Made by a program: the position numbers and the translations under genes. This document shows, in pieces, positions 41,439 to 49,860 of a stretch of 64,000 nt of DNA (position 1 is the stretch's first letter; each line of letters begins with the position of its first letter). Under the pieces are notes generated by a model, which saw only the letters and a list, made by a program, of their open reading frames with translations, made no database searches and was not told the origin of the DNA. Source of the DNA: a virus; IMG/VR virus record IMGVR_UViG_3300044213_000170, positions 32,001 to 96,000 of that record; one strand, 5' to 3'.

Positions 41439-42783
41439 TTAACTTTTGCAAATCTTCTGCCATTCTGTCCAGCACATCATAATTATGCATTCGATCTTGC
41501 CAATATGTAGTTATATCATTGTACAAACCGCTTTGTGTTCCGTATTCGCCCCATCGCCAATCACTACCGTCATATGGGACATATACCCAACACGTTTTAC
41601 CTAATGCACCTGCTAAATGAATCGGTGCACTGTCAATGCTAATTATTAAATCAAGCTGATCTAAAAATTTTGCAGTATCGTTAAAGTCAATTAACTTGGG
41701 TGTAACATCGATTATATTTAATTTACTACGAGCGACTTCTCCTTTGTCAATTATGTTAGCTTGTAGACTAACATAAGTAATGTCTTTAGGAAAATGGTCA
41801 AACATACTCAATGTCAAACTTCTATTTTTGTCATTGATATGTCTGGGATTACCTCGCCACGCTAACCCGACTTTAAATCCTGCGGGCAACTGTGGTACGT
41901 CACAATCTGCGGCCTCGAGATAAGCAGGAGGACTACCCCACCCGGTTTCTACTCCCAACGCATAAGGTATACTCATTTGGTATAACCAAAAATCGTATTT
42001 ACTAGGATCAATATTTTCGTAATCGCTAGTAATAGTTACGTTTTCACAAGTGTTGGAATTTTTAAATAATTTTTCTAACGCTTGTTCACACCCATAAGTC
42101 ACGTGACTTGCTACCTTACTCAAGGGTTCTAAATATCTAAAGAATTGAAGTCCGTCGCCGAACCCTTGCTCTTTACTGACAAATATCCTGGCACCTTTAA
42201 TGCTTTCTGGGTTGCCGTCCCATAAGGGTAATCTCCCCTTAACGTAACGGTCACTAAATTTTTCAGGTTCTGTTCGAAGATTCCTGTTTTCGTGCAATCT
42301 CCAGCCATCTTTAAAATTGCCAAGCCTTAATTCCACCAATCCCCAATCAAACCAAGATTTATAATGATCGGGCATTATATCTACTGCTTTTTTGTAATAA
42401 GGGATAGATTCTTTTTGTTTATGCATTCTGGATAATGCATATCCGATATTTGTGTAAAACTCAGGAACATTGTTATTGATACGAGACCCACGAGTCAACA
42501 TGTCGATGGCTTCTATATATCTGCAATTTTGTAATAACAGATATGCATACGAAAACATAAAGTTATAACATTGTGGGTGTTTTTCGTTCTGTATCAAAAT
42601 TTTAAAAATTTGTTCGGCCTTAACATAGTCTTGATCGGTTAATGCTTGTTTAGCCTCGATATACATATCTTCAGGGGTTTTTATCTGACTTTTAAGATTG
42701 TCAGAAATAGCTGCTCCGGCTTGATTAATGGCTTTGATTATTTGGTCAATATACGGTTGAATATCTGTCACTTGAATCTCCAA
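41425..42783 (-). CDS. TPR + glycosyltransferase (GT9-like) protein
   Basis: TPR repeats, EQGFGD, ISIDSAPIHLAGALG, DWRW. Confidence 0.85.
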   Translation of the reverse strand: MEIQVTDIQPYIDQIIKAINQAGAAISDNLKSQIKTPEDMYIEAKQALTDQDYVKAEQIFKILIQNEKHPQCYNFMFSYAYLLLQNCRYIEAIDMLTRGSRINNNVPEFYTNIGYALSRMHKQKESIPYYKKAVDIMPDHYKSWFDWGLVELRLGNFKDGWRLHENRNLRTEPEKFSDRYVKGRLPLWDGNPESIKGARIFVSKEQGFGDGLQFFRYLEPLSKVASHVTYGCEQALEKLFKNSNTCENVTITSDYENIDPSKYDFWLYQMSIPYALGVETGWGSPPAYLEAADCDVPQLPAGFKVGLAWRGNPRHINDKNRSLTLSMFDHFPKDITYVSLQANIIDKGEVARSKLNIIDVTPKLIDFNDTAKFLDQLDLIISIDSAPIHLAGALGKTCWVYVPYDGSDWRWGEYGTQSGLYNDITTYWQDRMHNYDVLDRMAEDLQKLIDKK

Positions 42784-42837
42784 TACAATTTATATTTACT
42801 TTTTTTAAATTCGACTCAAATCATATTAAATAGTTTT

Positions 42838-43116
42838 ATGTCAAAAGATCGAATCCCAATAAACTTACGTCGCAGAGTCTTAGAACGAGACGGGCCGCAT
42901 TGTGTTTATTGTGATGAGGATTTAACTGACAAAGAAATACATATGGACCATGTAATACCCGAATCACAAGGAGGTCCTACAACATATAGCAATTTACAAG
43001 TTACTTGTCGTAAATGTAATTTAGCCAAAGGCATATTAACCGAAGACGAGTTTGTTACCAGATTGAGAAATAGAGCTTGGAATATTCTCAATCGATTAGG
43101 CACACCAAAAAATTAA
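42838..43116 (+). CDS. HNH endonuclease
   Basis: RDGPHCVYC, DHVIP..GG, NLQVTCRKCN. Confidence 0.85.
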   Translation: MSKDRIPINLRRRVLERDGPHCVYCDEDLTDKEIHMDHVIPESQGGPTTYSNLQVTCRKCNLAKGILTEDEFVTRLRNRAWNILNRLGTPKN

Positions 43117-43745
43117 GGTTGCTGAATAATTATATCTTTATACTTTTCTTTAAAAGTAATAAAATCTGGATTGCTAGGCAAAATTAAACTAAACAATACT
43201 CGCGTAGATTCGATATTTTCTACACTATGATATGTTTGCACATCAAATGAATGCCAAGTATTGTACGGCAAACACACATCAAAATTTCGTGTAAGTTGGT
43301 CGTAAGTAAGATTCTCAGCAGCTGTCAAGTCGGTTCCTTTTCGTTTTTCATTAAAGAAACAAGTTCGAACATTGTCGCCGCCTGTTTGTAGAATATAATT
43401 AATGCTAACTTTACGTGCCCTGTCACAATGTGGTGGGCTTTCGGCTAGTCTATCACCATATGTATTTGATAAGTTTGCTACTACGGCTTTAACTTCCTCG
43501 CCGAAAAATACACTATAAATATTTCGAATTTCTTGTTGTAGCTGGTCCGGTATGGGTACTCTACCATATGCTACACTTATCGAATGAATCTCATTGCTGT
43601 GAAATTCTTCTAACCATTTTTGTCCTTCCGAATCCGGCGGAATTGCCATTGCGAATTTAGTAAGTTGGTCAGATATTTCAGTGGACAAAGGAGGCAAATT
43701 TAAATATACCAGAAGGTTGTTCATTTTTGCCGCCACCATACTCAA
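43113..43745 (-). CDS. cupin/2OG-Fe(II)-like protein
   Basis: PHCD..R..SINY, WH...YHSVEN...R. Confidence 0.55.
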   Translation of the reverse strand: MSMVAAKMNNLLVYLNLPPLSTEISDQLTKFAMAIPPDSEGQKWLEEFHSNEIHSISVAYGRVPIPDQLQQEIRNIYSVFFGEEVKAVVANLSNTYGDRLAESPPHCDRARKVSINYILQTGGDNVRTCFFNEKRKGTDLTAAENLTYDQLTRNFDVCLPYNTWHSFDVQTYHSVENIESTRVLFSLILPSNPDFITFKEKYKDIIIQQP

Positions 43746-44308
43746 ATTAGATTTTCATTTTGCAAAATATCAACGATATTTTTGATCAATTCAATTTCAG
43801 TGCGGACATTCAATTCCAACACTTTATCATTGATACTTTGCTTTTCCTTTTTAAGTCCTAGCATTTCCTTACGGAATGCGTCAATATCTGCTTGGTCCAA
43901 GACCCCGGTGCTAACAGTGTCATGGTAACCGTATACACGGCTTGACTTCTCAGAAGATGCAATCTTTTGCAACTTACCTGCAACTACATCAAGATGCTCA
44001 GCAACTTCGCCTTCAACAAAACCTTTAAGGTGGCCGATGCGCTTATCGATATACGCAGCTTGTGTGAGCAGATCGCTTACACCGCTTTCAACATTGGCAC
44101 GACCAACGGCACTGCGGATTGCATATAGCGCCTTTGTCAGCTCGTTGCGGCGAGTATCCCCTTGTAATACTTGTGCCCGAGCGGCAACTAGTTCGATCCC
44201 TGGATTTTGGAATTCATTGATCGAAATCGAAGTCTTAACTTCGACGGTCTTGATTTGATCTTGAATTGCAGTTTGCAGTGCATTTGCTTTGCGAAGTGTG
44301 ATTTTCAT
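43742..44308 (-). CDS. coiled-coil hypothetical protein
   Basis: MKITLRKANALQ start with AAAAGGA RBS. Confidence 0.65.
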   Translation of the reverse strand: MKITLRKANALQTAIQDQIKTVEVKTSISINEFQNPGIELVAARAQVLQGDTRRNELTKALYAIRSAVGRANVESGVSDLLTQAAYIDKRIGHLKGFVEGEVAEHLDVVAGKLQKIASSEKSSRVYGYHDTVSTGVLDQADIDAFRKEMLGLKKEKQSINDKVLELNVRTEIELIKNIVDILQNENLI

Positions 44309-44871
44309 TTGATATTCCTTTTTGTAAAAAACAGTGAGTGTATGGCAAGTAAATAGCCGGACAATGTGCAATAAACATTATCAGGACCATTACAGCCGCT
44401 GTCGATAAGACAATGTGCAAAAGACAGTGATCTTAATTTTTCCAGGGTCAACAAACAAGGCTTTCGCCGTAATATAAAGCTGGGTCACTAAGATACGAGA
44501 GTAGTCATTAAAAGCCCTTTTCAAGAGGATTTTAACGTTTCGCTATCCCTAATCTCCACACACTAACCGGCTAGTTTTTAAAAACTAGCAAAATTTAATA
44601 ATCATAGTATATACTATAAAGTGTTAAGTTCATAATATTTTGGTTAAATTGATATCAATTTAACCAAATATAGGATTTGCAAGTAGTTCCGCCTCCCTCA
44701 TTCGGAACCATTTTACCAGTATTTTCTGTGAAGCCCGGGACTGGTTAGAGGTACGTATTAACAATAGTTACTTGAAGTTAATGTCGGTATCCCGATGCAT
44801 TTCTTCTCACAAGGTTTTCGACGCCTTGCTTTCACTACATATACACTTGCAAAATTTGTTGGTTTATTAAA

Positions 44872-44997
44872 CCATATAAAAATACACTCAATATCAGTTC
44901 CTTGCTGGCACAAAGATCCTTTCGCCCCTGCCAGGGGACCGAAGTAGTTACCGCTTTTAGGCACGGCACTTGCCCCGTCAAGCATACTTTTATATGG
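44872..44997 (-). ncRNA. long-stem small RNA family, copy A
   Basis: CCATATAAAAGTATGCT ... AGTGTATTTTTATATGG. Confidence 0.55.
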
Positions 44998-45157
44998 CAA
45001 CAAACTAATGCGATGGGATTCGAACCCAACCCTGCTCCCCTTTCGGCAATTCATCCACCCCTGCAAGGGTTTCAACTCTGCGTACTCGCTTCGCTGTGCT
45101 ACCAGCACACCACACAACCTGTCACAATCCATTGCAGTGTCTTGTGAGCAGTCTTGT

Positions 45158-45247
45158 ACCATATAGAAACACACTACCTACGCTCTCAGTCGTAGCCCAC
45201 CCGTGGAACCTTCGATCAACTCCGGCCTAAGTGTGTTTTTATATGGT
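45158..45247 (-). ncRNA. long-stem small RNA family, copy B
   Basis: ACCATATAAAAACACACT ... AGTGTGTTTCTATATGGT. Confidence 0.6.
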
Positions 45248-45462
45248 TAGTTCAAAGTCCCGATACAGGCATGACCCATATGACACTTTTTATCCGCTTA
45301 ACCGAGCCGGTGCGTTATTCACGGTGCGGCAAAATTAAGTTTCAGAACTAGCATATTTCTGGTCTGGGACTCGAACCCAGTGCGTGAACGGCTTCGCTTC
45401 AGGTAACGTTACCTCCTTAGCACTTACTAACACAGGTTAATTAAGCCAACTATTAAAGTTAC

Positions 45463-45549
45463 TGGTGAGACAGGTGGGGATCGAACCCACACGGGCATAA
45501 AGCCGCCAGATTAAAAGTCTGGTACCGCAACCATTTCGGTGTCTGTCCC
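45463..45549 (-). tRNA. atypical tRNA, anticodon TTT (Lys) with long variable arm
   Basis: CCAGA-ctTTTaa-TCTGG, 15-nt variable region, A8, A73, CCA. Confidence 0.85.
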
Positions 45550-45553
45550 ATAT

Positions 45554-45628
45554 TGGTCCTTGCTCAGAGAATCGAACTCTGTTTTTCCGGGTAAGAGCCG
45601 GGTACTTCGCCAGCAAAGTTTAGCAAGG
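45554..45628 (-). tRNA. tRNA-Lys(CTT)
   Basis: Loop ctCTTac, A8/U14, CCA. Confidence 0.9.
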
Positions 45629-45723
45629 ATGGCTTGTATTAAAATTATCTTTAATGTCTCACAACTTATTAAAGAGTTCTTTAATGTGCCATCCCAAGAC
45701 CAATACGGAGTCTAAGGATGACA

Positions 45724-45747
45724 CTATCGTTTCGTTGAACGTTTCAT
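45724..45747 (-). CDS. 7-aa leader peptide MKRSTKR
   Basis: AAAAGGAAA RBS; TTGACA-N17-TATAAT at 45775-45803; hairpin directly after TAG. Confidence 0.5.
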   Translation of the reverse strand: MKRSTKR

Positions 45748-45854
45748 GTCATTTCCTTTTGCGTTAAAAATATTATTATACAACTATCATGGTCAGTTGT
45801 CAACCGAATTTGTATGTGTTGTTTTCGCACAACACATAAAGCGGGGTCTGTTCT

Positions 45855-46226
45855 TTACTTCTTCAATGATTCTATTGTAGTAAGCAATTCCCTCCATAGC
45901 TTACTAGGATTTTCACCCTTATTAAAATCCATCAATGCCATATAAGTTTCTTGACTACCTTCTGGAATCTTGAAATAGATATTAGCATAGGTGTAATCAA
46001 AATCATCGTCTGCATCATGGCTGTACCATGGGTGTTCTGACATCTCATCAAAAACATCTTCATAGTCTTCACGGTTACCGCCACCATTACGTGTATGAAC
46101 AACAATGAAACCATCTTCCATATAGACATTACGAAAACGACCAAAGTCAGCCTTCGTCTTGCCTAACAAGGACAATAGCTTGTCACTGTCAGGATTCATT
46201 CCAAAAACTAGATTATACAATGACAT
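45855..46226 (-). CDS. hypothetical protein
   Basis: GRFR...TRNGGGNR...DDDFDYTYA; AAGGAG RBS. Confidence 0.7.
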   Translation of the reverse strand: MSLYNLVFGMNPDSDKLLSLLGKTKADFGRFRNVYMEDGFIVVHTRNGGGNREDYEDVFDEMSEHPWYSHDADDDFDYTYANIYFKIPEGSQETYMALMDFNKGENPSKLWRELLTTIESLKK

Positions 46227-46245
46227 ATTGTCTCCTTTGTAAATG

Positions 46246-46321
46246 TGGTAGGTCTTACTGGAATCGAACCGGTGGTCTTCACCGTGTCATGGTGACGATT
46301 TAGCCTCTAATCTAAAGACCT
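46246..46321 (-). tRNA. tRNA-Val(GAC)
   Basis: Loop atGACac, CCA. Confidence 0.9.
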
Positions 46322-46325
46322 ATTG

Positions 46326-46472
46326 TTAATCTAATCCGTTACCACTAGTGGATAAGGACGACTTTTGTTGTCTACGCAAAGCCTTATTAGTTTTGCGATG
46401 TGAACCTGCTTTTCTCATTAATGCTAAGGCAACGAAGCGGTTACGTTGCTTGACAATGTTTACTCGCTTCAT
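46326..46472 (-). CDS. small basic protein (48 aa)
   Basis: MKRVNIVKQRNRFVALALMRKAGSHRKTNK...; AAGGA RBS. Confidence 0.55.
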   Translation of the reverse strand: MKRVNIVKQRNRFVALALMRKAGSHRKTNKALRRQQKSSLSTSGNGLD

Positions 46473-46491
46473 TATGTTTCCTTCATTAAAT

Positions 46492-46567
46492 TGGTTGCAG
46501 AGGAGGGAATCGAACCCCCGACCTCCAGGTTATGAGCCTGGCCAGATACCGCTTCTAACACTCTGCG
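46492..46567 (-). tRNA. initiator-like tRNA-fMet(CAT)
   Basis: C1:A72 mismatch, loop ctCATaa. Confidence 0.85.
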
Positions 46568-46587
46568 ATTCTATTTATAAAAATACT

Positions 46588-46664
46588 TGGAGGTCTGGGT
46601 AGGATTTTAACCTACGAATCAACTGGTTTGCAATCAGTGCCATTAAACACTCTGGTACCAGACC
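46588..46664 (-). tRNA. tRNA-Cys(GCA), aberrant T loop
   Basis: U73, T loop TTAAAAT. Confidence 0.75.
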
Positions 46665-46670
46665 ATAAAA

Positions 46671-46740
46671 CTATTATGAAACACACTAACCCGCTTGGCT
46701 ACCCTAAAAAGGACCGCGCTTCCAATGCGTTTTACAATAG
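46671..46740 (-). ncRNA. long-stem small RNA family, copy C
   Basis: CTATTGTAAAACGCATT ... AGTGTGTTTCATAATAG. Confidence 0.55.
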
Positions 46741-47635
46741 TGCCTAAGGTTGAGATTACACCTTAAGCCAACAGCACCTCGAGCATTATAGTACGCCTTG
46801 CGAGCATACCTTCTCTCGACATCCACATAAGCCATTGCTGTACCTATGTCTGCTATCAGCATCGCCGTTTTAAGTCAGGCAGTAGACTTGACATCATATG
46901 CTATTCTACGCTTTCTATCCCGTTGAACTTGCGGTCCATTAAGCCTTGCGAGCTACGAAACTTCTTGCATAAACAGTTTTTACCTTGCGAGTTACGACTG
47001 ACTGAATTACCTTGCGGCTCCAGTATTAGATGCTTTTCACATATGACCGAGGCAGTCTTTGCATTTTAATCGTTAATTGGATTTGAACCAATAGTCGACT
47101 CCTTAACAGGGAGTTGCGTTACCATTACGCTATAACAACCTACTGCGATGAGCTGCCTCTGTTGCTACACAATCTTTTGGACTGCATAATACAACTCACC
47201 ACGTACCTTTTGTCTTGCGGACTACTCAGTCGTCTTTTGCGATCATTGTCGGGTCTCGGCTTTCGCGTACCTCCAACAACCACTCAAACTGCATACAAGC
47301 CCTTAGGTGCAACCCCTTGGACAAGTATACTACCCTTTCTCATACCAAATAACTGAATTGGTTTCGTAGTGAAGTCAGCACCACCTGTTACTTTCCATCT
47401 ACTCAAGTTCCCATCCGTCGAAACTTCAGGCTTGTAAGCAGACGTTCTTTCCACTACATTCAGCGTCTCTGTTACCACCACCGGTCTTATCAGTGATGGG
47501 CACCTCGCGGTGCTGAGCAGGCTTGTTTATCTGAACTATTACTAGCGGACTTATGTAGGCATACATCCTTTGGCTCCATCGCTGGAGTTATTCTTCGTAA
47601 ACGGCAAGCCGCCTACAGGACAATAAACTGCCCTA
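46741..47635 (-). ncRNA. GOLLD-like large ornate RNA (~0.9 kb)
   Basis: No credible ORF; many GCAA/GAAA tetraloop hairpins; 3' AAGGTGTAATCTCAACCTT; inside a phage tRNA cluster; family recalled from memory, not searched. Confidence 0.72.
47068..47140 (-). tRNA. tRNA-Asn(GTT)-like cloverleaf embedded in the GOLLD-like RNA
   Basis: D arm GCGT/ACGC, ACTCC-ctGTTaa-GGAGT, ATTGG-TTCAAAT-CCAAT, G:U-rich acceptor, no CCA. Confidence 0.7.
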
Positions 47636-47768
47636 AAATCTTGTTTGTTCTGTGTCTTGCACTATTTGCCTAACTCAACAGCTTTACTCGAGTTTACTGT
47701 TTATTGCGTCGGTTACATAACGCTTGATCATGCCTCTGTGCTTGCAAGGCACAGAACAAACAAGATTT
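47636..47768 (-). repeat. 26-bp inverted repeat enclosing ~80 nt
   Basis: AAATCTTGTTTGTTCTGTG.CTTGCA arms. Confidence 0.8.
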
Positions 47769-47820
47769 ACAAAATTTACTTTTTAAAGAACAAACTTAGT
47801 TAATTTCTAACTAAGAATCT

Positions 47821-47849
47821 ATTGTAGCAAATTATATAAAATTTGTCAA
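47821..47849 (-). promoter_or_regulatory. sigma70 promoter upstream of the GOLLD-like RNA
   Basis: TTGACA-N17-TACAAT. Confidence 0.7.
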
Positions 47850-48022
47850 CCTATGGGGCTTTTGACGATCCAGCCCAGTGCATGTAAGTTCAAGAAAGTA
47901 CTCCACATAGTCATTGCAAACAATCCGATTTTTACAACAATGTTTAACCAGCCCCTGGTGCTCCAGCGCACCAAGAAATAGGTAAAGATCATGCCCGACA
48001 CAGCGAAATACCAGTTAATCAT
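47846..48022 (-). CDS. small membrane protein (58 aa)
   Basis: MINWYFAVSGMIFTYFLV...; two hydrophobic stretches; promoter at 48054-48082. Confidence 0.5.
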   Translation of the reverse strand: MINWYFAVSGMIFTYFLVRWSTRGWLNIVVKIGLFAMTMWSTFLNLHALGWIVKSPIG

Positions 48023-48094
48023 TTGAAAGCGCCTTTAGTTAATCAATACGAATATTATAGTCCCAAAACGATTTATAGTCAACTTGGTTTTATA

Positions 48095-48130
48095 TAGTAC
48101 TAAAGTACTAGTACTAGTACTTTAGTACTA
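48095..48130. repeat. perfect 36-bp palindrome of AGTACT units
   Basis: TAGTACTAAAGTACTAGTACTAGTACTTTAGTACTA equals its reverse complement. Confidence 0.9.
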
Positions 48131-48135
48131 AATTT

Positions 48136-48210
48136 TGGCCCGGCGTACAGGAATCGAACCCATATTCGTGGTGTAGAAGACCACTGTATTATCCATTATA
48201 CTAACGCCGG
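48136..48210 (-). tRNA. tRNA-Arg(TCT)
   Basis: Loop ctTCTac, CCA. Confidence 0.92.
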
Positions 48211-48214
48211 ATTC

Positions 48215-48290
48215 TGGTGGTCGGAAGAGCACTCGAAGCTCCACATTCCTCCTTATGAGGGAGGCTCTCTTCCTCTTAAGATATCCGACC
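48215..48290 (-). tRNA. tRNA-Met/Ile2(CAT)
   Basis: CCTCC-ctCATaa-GGAGG, CCA. Confidence 0.85.
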
Positions 48291-48293
48291 ATA

Positions 48294-48475
48294 ATATTTG
48301 TTAAGCTGGCTCACTTTGAGCACCTTCGTCCTCCACGGACGCTAGTCTTATGCCATCCTTGTTGAATCAGTCTCCGCAGGGCCCATTGGCTACCTATCAA
48401 CAATTCATCGCGTCCCTTGCTCGTACCCGTCGGTAATTACTCAGGCTTTCGTTTAAACTACAGCTTAACAAATAT
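48294..48475 (-). ncRNA. candidate small RNA closed by a perfect 15-bp inverted repeat
   Basis: ATATTTGTTAAGCTG ... CAGCTTAACAAATAT around a GC-rich interior. Confidence 0.5.
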
Positions 48476-48581
48476 CATATAGAAACACACTGGTGTCCTT
48501 GCTCCTCCAGGATGACACTCCTGTCCAAATGAGGTTTATGACCGGCTTGTCGATCAGCAACAATGTGTTTTTATATGATAT
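48472..48581 (-). ncRNA. long-stem small RNA family, copy D
   Basis: ATATCATATAAAAACACATT ... AGTGTGTTTCTATATGATAT. Confidence 0.6.
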
Positions 48582-48744
48582 CGAAGATGGGAATCGAACC
48601 CACTAACTACCGGTGCGATGCCGGTTGTGCTACGCTCATTATACAACAAGTTTGTTCCGTTTGCAACCGGACTCGCTATATAACTTGGCACTAACTTTCC
48701 ATGTCGTTTTCTTCATTACCATATAGAATGTGTTTTTATATAAG

Positions 48745-48822
48745 TGGAGCACAGGGAGGGATTTGAACCCCCGGTTTTAGGGATTTGCAATCCCTTGCAT
48801 TGGGCCACTCTGCCACCTGTGC
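48745..48822 (-). tRNA. tRNA-Cys(GCA)
   Basis: Loop ttGCAaa, U73, CCA. Confidence 0.92.
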
Positions 48823-48830
48823 ATATTTTA

Positions 48831-48906
48831 TGGTAGCGACGGTGGGACTCGAACCCACGATAAACTCCGTATGAAGGAGGTACATTAGCCGCTATGCTAA
48901 ATCACT
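48831..48906 (-). tRNA. tRNA-Met/Ile2(CAT)
   Basis: Loop ttCATac, CCA, weak acceptor stem. Confidence 0.8.
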
Positions 48907-48913
48907 ATATTTT

Positions 48914-48989
48914 TGGTGCCGCCTCCCGGGATCGAACCAGGTTCCATGGATTTTCAATCCACCGCAATGACCACATTTGCTAAAGCGGC
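48914..48989 (-). tRNA. tRNA-Phe(GAA)
   Basis: Loop ttGAAaa, CCA. Confidence 0.92.
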
Positions 48990-49148
48990 AATGTAGATCG
49001 GGAGCCTAACTATCCTCCTGGGAGGACTCGCTAGATTGTCTCGAATAGGCAAGTTTATCTACCACGAATAGCCATCTGTTGTTGTCGCATAGCTAAGTCA
49101 CTATGCTAGGCTAGGTGGGACTCAAACCTATCGTCTATCCCTTAAACT

Positions 49149-49223
49149 TGGGGTATCGTACCAGGATCGAACTGGTGATAGCGGAATCACAACCCGCGGT
49201 TTTACCACTAAACTAACGACACC
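49149..49223 (-). tRNA. tRNA-His(GTG)
   Basis: G-1:C73, loop ttGTGat. Confidence 0.93.
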
Positions 49224-49231
49224 ATATCAAT

Positions 49232-49308
49232 TGGCGCGACTGGAGAGATTCGAACTCCCGACACCTGACTTCGTAGGCCAGTACTCTATCCAACTGAGCT
49301 ACAGTCGC
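49232..49308 (-). tRNA. tRNA-Arg(ACG)
   Basis: Loop ctACGaa, CCA. Confidence 0.95.
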
Positions 49309-49314
49309 AAAAAA

Positions 49315-49391
49315 TGGCCCGCCCTGACGGACTCGAACCGCCAACAACTGATTTCGAAGACCAGGACTCTATCCAGTTGAGCTAAAGGCGG
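49315..49391 (-). tRNA. tRNA-Arg(TCG)
   Basis: Loop ctTCGaa, CCA. Confidence 0.93.
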
Positions 49392-49400
49392 TCTAAATAT

Positions 49401-49475
49401 TGGCAGGGGGTTAGGGAATCGAACCCTATCACCTACGGTCAAAGCGTAGTATCTGCTCCAATCGATTTACCCCCA
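49401..49475 (-). tRNA. tRNA-Gln(TTG)
   Basis: Loop ctTTGac, G73, A8. Confidence 0.88.
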
Positions 49476-49559
49476 ACTGATCTGAAGTGTTGCTTATTCT
49501 ATACAATGTACAATATAAGCAACAGTTTGTTGGTCTCGCATAATGCGAATTATAAAACT

Positions 49560-49636
49560 TGGCGACCCCGGATGGATTTGAACCACCGACATTTGGTTTT
49601 GGAGACCAACGTTCTGCCAGACTGAACTACGGAGCC
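49560..49636 (-). tRNA. tRNA-Trp(CCA) with U11-A24
   Basis: D stem GTTC/GAAC, loop ctCCAaa. Confidence 0.95.
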
Positions 49637-49643
49637 ATTAAAT

Positions 49644-49734
49644 TGGCGGAGGGCTAGAGAGTCGAACTCTAAAGGCGCTATTAACGCTCGGCGGTTTTCA
49701 AGACCGTTACCGTCACCAATCGGCTTGGCCCTCC
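49644..49734 (-). tRNA. tRNA-Ser(TGA)
   Basis: Loop ctTGAaa, long variable arm. Confidence 0.93.
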
Positions 49735-49860
49735 ATTTTGTGATTGTCGTTACGGGGTTTACCGTACCTGAAACTAGTCCCACCGCTTGCCAATCTTACT
49801 GAATGGACCTATAGACTTATGTGGCGCTTCCGTGCATTCTCATTACACTATGACAAAACT

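Noticed and set aside
46326-46472. ArfA ribosome-rescue factor
   Set aside because: Small and basic, but it lacks the KKGKGSY motif.
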